A stretch of 64,000 bases of DNA from positions 372,001 through 436,000 of the forward strand of contig OZ025799.1 in the NCBI GenBank assembly GCA_964019425.1, given 5' to 3'. Shown here piece by piece: positions 58,417-64,000 of the stretch. The notes under the pieces are model-generated. The model made no database searches. It was not told the DNA's origin and saw nothing but the letters and a program-made list of their open reading frames with translations. The translations under genes were made by a program, and so were the position numbers. Source of the DNA: Flectonema sp. DT1601 (lineage: Eukaryota). Position 1 is the first letter of the stretch. The number at the start of each line of letters is the position of its first letter.

Positions 58417-61400
58417 CTAACGAGATCCAAAACGAGGAGGAGGGGTTGCCATAATCGGAGATTGCGCCAGTTGTATATTGTCGTGGATGCGAGAGTGTTG
58501 CTCAAGTTCCTGGACGGCAATCATCTTCTCACGATCAGCGAATTGATTCTGACCGCGTGCATAAACCATGTCTGAGTTTCTCTTCCGCTCTGTTTCCGCC
58601 CTGCTTTGCTCAACCTGAGCAGCAAATGCAGCTTGAGTTAGAGCTTGAGATCCTTGTCTTCTGGTCATGTAGTCGACTGTTTCTTCAATCTTTTGCTGTC
58701 GCATTACAAAAGCAGTGTTTTCAATTTCTTTTACACCTCTTCTCTTATCAATGTTTGCGACCAGTCGTTCATCGCGTTGTCGTTCCTCGTGACCCATTCT
58801 TGCACTCCGCCTTCGGTGAGCCTCTGAGAGTGCGTATTCAGTTATTAATTCTTCTTCTTTGTGTTGAGATTGGTATTTCTCCATTCTGTTTTCGGATTAT
58901 AAAATATATTTAATCAGAGTAGGGGGGTGACTCTTTTCGTATTTCTGAAGTAATAATTTTTTTCCAACCTGAACAATAGAAATAGCAAACTGGACATACT
59001 TTCTGGCTTCAACAGCGCGAACTTGAGCCTGTCTCTTTGCTTCTTGTTCTCTCCAGTAGGCATCACGCTGTGTTTTGTATTTGTTGTATTTAGATGACGG
59101 AATGAGTTTTTGTGTTTTGTTTCAATTATGGGATGAGTACATACGTCGTCGGCAATAGCTTTGGTTCTACAAGCTGCGAGGTAATCAGATTCCATTTTAA
59201 CTCTGTTTGAATCTATAGTAGTCATGAGCATGTGTTGACGGAACATGTTCGCATCCAAATCAAATTCTAGTTGAGAGCGAGCTCGTTCTGTTAGCTCGCG
59301 AAGGATTTCTTCTCGGGCATACCAGCCTCTGAATGTAGATTGGATGAGTATCGCAGCACCATCGACTCGGTTTTTTTCTGCTGTTTCGCGTTGAAGACGC
59401 TCTTGAATTTCTCGTTCTTCACGTTCAATGATCTCTTCTTTAATTAGAATACTCTCGTCCTGAAATATTTCAAACATATTATCCCACTCTCTCTGTTCTT
59501 GATCAATAATTGCCTGATGTGATGAATTCGCGTCATTTCCAATATTAGCTAGCCCTTCAGCAATCGATTCCAAGGCTTCTCTCTCCGCCTCCGCCTGCGC
59601 TTTCGCTGCTTCCGCTGCAGCCTTTTGCTCTGCTAAGATCTGCGCGTGTTTTTCTTTTAGGTCTTGTTTTACTTGTTCTCGTATCCCATCAACAATTGCT
59701 TTATTCTTTTCTAATACGAGTCCCTGTTTTTTTGATGTTGAATTAGACCTCAGTCAATAGTGTCTTTGGAATGAAAAAAAAGATAACAACACAAACCTTA
59801 ATCTGCATAATCGCAAGGTATGCTCTACAGTGTGCGAGTACTACGGCGTTGTAGATCTCTAGTTTGACTTTGCGAAGCTTTTCAAGAGCGACGTATGCTT
59901 CTGACTTCAGAAAGACTCGACTAGTACCGACCTGTTATTGTTATTTTAGGTGACTCTCAACAAATGTTAAGCTCACTGAGATGACGTGCATACCTGAGCA
60001 TCTTTTGTTTCAAGACCAGCTTCCTTTAAGATTGAAGCAGAGTCAGCTGCGTTCGGCGATATGATTGCGTACCTCTGAATAAAACGATCAAATTTAATTC
60101 TGACTGGATATCCAGCTTTTCTAATCTTAACCGTTCCCAATACACCAGATGAAGAAAGTTGTTTTAGCGTATGAACTCCTTCGAAATTGAGTCGTCCACC
60201 TTGTGGATGAGCCTTAATACATCGAATCCAATGGGGATTAGTACTTTCAATCAGGTCCATGAGATCTGCAACTTGTGATTTGAAATATCCACCGACAGTC
60301 ATCTTTTTAGAATCATCTTCATCAGGAGATGGCAGCAGCATTGCAACGAATGGATCGTTTGAATCTCTCATAAGTCTTTTCATTTCAGGTCGAAGGGTGT
60401 CTTTATTCTTTTCTAAGAATCCCTCAACTTCATACGAAACATCCGCAGCATAATGATGAATAGTGAACGATGTTCTATCCAGAGGCCTTCTTGTAAAGAA
60501 TTCTTTAAACGGACCTTGACATAAGTCAGTCGCACTCGTAAGGAAATCATCATCAGTACTATTCCCAAGAGAACAAGCAGAATCAAGCTCTGTTAATATA
60601 CTTTGTGTTATCATTCGGCAACATGGTGCGTTGTCAGGAAATTCAACATTTGATACGTCGATATCTGTTTTTTTTTTATTTTATTAGTGTTGTTCTTTAT
60701 TTGTTTTTTCGTTGTTTTTAATGTACATACTTTCTGCTTTACATTCCATTTGATCCCTTTCAAAGATGTATTTATTGTAGTGAAGTTGAAGAGTCTCGTT
60801 AGCCAGATTGATACACAATTGCTCGAAGGAGTTTAGTTGAAAATTTTCAAATCCAAAAATATCAAGTAACCCAATCCAGTTACCATCGCTATCAACGTCT
60901 AATGTCTTATTGCATGTGTCAATAATCCAGGAGAACTCGTTGTCGTAGATCGCCTTTGACAAAGCTGACCTAGCATCTCTTGCTTGATAAGGGTTAAGTG
61001 GTACAATGCTTACTTCTTTATTAACTTCTAATTTTTTTGTTACCATTTCTTTCTTTAAGACTTCAGGGTCTTTGATGCTCCATGATTGCATGCATTTATC
61101 AAGCCATTGAGTTGTCGATGCTGTGTTTTTTTTGATAATTTTTGTTTGTGGTACAAAATCCTAATAAAGGAATAGGGTTAGTTACGCTGTCTACTACTGA
61201 ACAATGGGATTTTTGTAGGTACAATAAAAAAAACAGTTTTTTTGTAATTAAAAAACACACCGGAAACAACAGAACCTTCACCACCATCAGAATCAAAAAC
61301 TACATTCTCAATGTTCATAACTCCAGCTACAACCTTCCAAACTGAATCAACTGTCTCTTGAGGTACGTCTAACTCAATCAAACTACTGGAGACGTCATCA

Positions 61401-62413
61401 AAGGCTTGTGAGGTGTTAAATTCTCCAATCGATTCATCAATTTGTCCGTCTTTTGTTTTATTTGTATGAAACCTTCCACCTACTTTAGTGTTGCTGTATT
61501 CTTTTTCAGAACCAATTCCGAAGTTTGCCTTTGTAGTTGCCTTTGCAAGAACATAAAATGCGTGGTATACGCGTTCGTCGGGTGCTGCGGTGACAATTCT
61601 ACTTTTCTCAAGAAGATATTTTGTTATTTGTGCTCCAACTAGGAAACCGTCAGAACTAAATTTGACGCACATCCATTTTCCAAAACGAGATGAGTTCGGG
61701 TTTCGGACTGTACTGGCATTACCAAAACACTCCAAAGGGTTACTCGAAGTGTTGATTTTACTCCCTACAGATAGAGCTGCTTGCTTTTGAGTATCAGTAC
61801 CTGATTTACAAGATAAGGCTGCGAGGTATTTCATAACAATTTTTGCTGCTTCCGTCTTTCCGGCACCAGACTCTCCAGAGACAAGCACACACTGATCTGG
61901 TTTGTCACTAGCACCGGTTCGCATTTCCCAGTAGGTATTGTGCGCGACAGCCCAGGAATGTGGAAGGTTTGCTTCGATTCGCTCACCTTCACTTAAATAT
62001 TTAGGCATCTGATCTTCTTTATACCAAGCAATATCATAAGTAAATGGATTAAGAGCAACAGTAATAGCCCCTACATTGGTATAAACGTAATTGGATATAA
62101 ATCTTTTTCTAAGAACATGAAGAAGTGTTGAATCATGAAGTACTGTCAAGTTCAGTAAATCATGAACATCTTCATCCAAAACTTCAGCATTCGTCACACA
62201 ATAAACTTCTTCTGCTTTCAGTTTTTCGTACAATCTTCCTGTTTCCCATTTGGCAACTGGATTACTGTTTTCTTTTGCTTTGCATGTTGCTAGTTTTCCA
62301 TCCCATGTTTGCACAGTTCCCTGAGTCCAACCGTGTTTTTCATCATCACCGTTGATGTAAAAAAGACACGGAGACCCTACGTCAGGTTCAAGAAATTCTT
62401 CCTTCGGAGGCAT
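58417..62413 (-). CDS. Myosin heavy chain, 7 exons (62413-61261, 61120-60731, 60664-59994, 59931-59797, 59723-59145, 59067-59000, 58885-58417)
   Basis: GESGAGKT P-loop, NSSRFGK, LLDIFGFE, FEQLCIN, HYA..V.Y, WIRCIK and VGTSRVFLK motifs, an IQ motif (IQSTFRGWYAR) and a coiled-coil tail. Six GT-AG introns keep the frame. Confidence 0.92.
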
Positions 62414-64000
62414 TCCTACATCGACATCTGTTCAGACTGTGATGAGAAACAATAAATAAAAATAATAAAGAGACGGTCACATCTTATTCAGAGTGAGAAG
62501 ATTCCTTCAAAAAATATTTGATATTACTTTTTTGATTGCAAAAATCTCACTTGTCAAGCAGACCATAATAATAACAGTTATTTTATTTTCGTTTTTTCGT
62601 TTTTTTTTTAAGTTCATTTTTATTTCTTTTTTTTCGAAACGAAGAATCCAATATATCCACAGCCTAGCAGCTGAACGTTTGACAAATTAATTGAAGGATG
62701 AGACTAACTTGTTCAAAGCCGCTTTCTTAGAACTCCAAAAAATGTTAGTAAAAATGTACAAAACACAAAACAAACTCATAGTTAACAACCGTGGATAAAA
62801 ATAAAATAAACAATCAAATCAATCAATGAATTGTTATGACAAAAACTGACATCGGATTTGGGTCGCAGATATGCAACACTAACAAACTGATGAAAGAAAA
62901 AAATTCTTTTTTTGTCGGAGGACCCAATCAGTAGCGTTCCTAAGACTCCGTATGGAGGTTTTTTTTTTTTTTTTTTTTTTCGGACTTCGCCAGTACAAAA
63001 AAAAATATATAAGCAAGAATAAGAAGAAAGAAATGGGAAAGTTGCCAGTTGACAGTGTAGGAATATTTCCTGAACTCGGAAAGCCAAGGTGTGGCAGAGA
63101 GAGATCCCTCTTAATAGGTACAGGCAGCACCATAAGCAAGCACACAAATAGTTATGCTATTTTAACAAAAAAGAATAACTAGAACAAAATAATAATTGGG
63201 CAAAGAAACTTTGCATAGCTTTTTAGCTTTTTCTTAAAATAAGAAAGAAAAAAAAAGGAAAGGAATCGGACCACCCTTTTCTGTTTTTTTTTTTTTTTTT
63301 TCCCACCCCCCCTTTTTGTATGAGTACGAAATATTCACTTACAGTCACCGGAGATTAATTGGGCTAACAAACAATAAGTAAAGCAATATTTACACAAATC
63401 TACTAAAGAAAACAGCAAACCCACTTTTGTTGTCAAAAGTTGGTATCTGTCTATCCTATTCTACTTACAGTATTTTATTGTGACTGCATCACACTAGGAG
63501 GGAAGAAAAGAAGGGAGGGGTGAAAAAGAAATTGAAAAACCAACGGGTGCCATTGTGAGGTAACTTTAGAATATTATTTAGAAAACACTTTCTGATACAT
63601 CAGGGAAGTTTTTCCAAAAAAACAATAATAAAAAAAATAAAAAAAAAAAAAAAACAAGATCTGCATCAGCAAAGCTGAAAGAACAACAACTTATTTTTTG
63701 TAAAGACAGACAAATGAGAAGATAAAAACCCTAATTGGATCCATCCAATTCCATTAAAATAGTTTCCGAAATCGTCAACTCATCGCAAAAGAAAATCAGG
63801 CATCAGAACCACAAACAGAAAAAAGTCCAATGGACTAACTGTCGAATATTAAACACCCGTACACTAAGGTTTCCCTTTCCCTTTGAACTATGAGTCACTC
63901 AGAAGGAAAAGCCAGACTCCAGGAAAGGCTCACAGTCAGGTGACTTTTCTTCTTATTCTCTGAGTGGTTCAGGCGTGTTAATTACAAGTAACTTTCCACA

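Overview
AT-rich eukaryotic nuclear DNA, most likely from a euglenozoan and probably a diplonemid. This is inferred from EFL instead of EF-1alpha, an MLRR mitochondrial presequence, kinetoplastid-type lanosterol-synthase residues, and about 22 genes all on the minus strand that still carry GT-AG introns. Genes, in order: UBC6/UBE2J-like E2, LysM plus permuted papain peptidase, class-3 lipase, CHCH protein, Rad5/HLTF-like SNF2-RING helicase, mitochondrial uL15m, two EFL copies, a coiled-coil/PDZ protein, oxidosqualene cyclase, nocturnin, a PHO80/U-type cyclin, two glutathione peroxidases with in-frame TGA (selenocysteine), an EF-hand/PDZ protein, a TPR protein, a myosin and several hypotheticals. 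Main observations: (1) the 145-bp x14 tandem repeat looks like an array of box C/D snoRNAs, plus one different snoRNA, inside the 2.4-kb first intron of uL15m; (2) the two Sec-GPx genes share a structured 300-bp downstream block but have no canonical SECIS that I can find, and one has candidate alternative targeting exons; (3) cis-intron acceptors are A/C-rich whereas AG sites upstream of start codons are pyrimidine-rich; (4) a ~560-nt GC-rich structured island lies in a ~10-kb gene-free stretch. Exon structures were derived by eye and no database searches were run.
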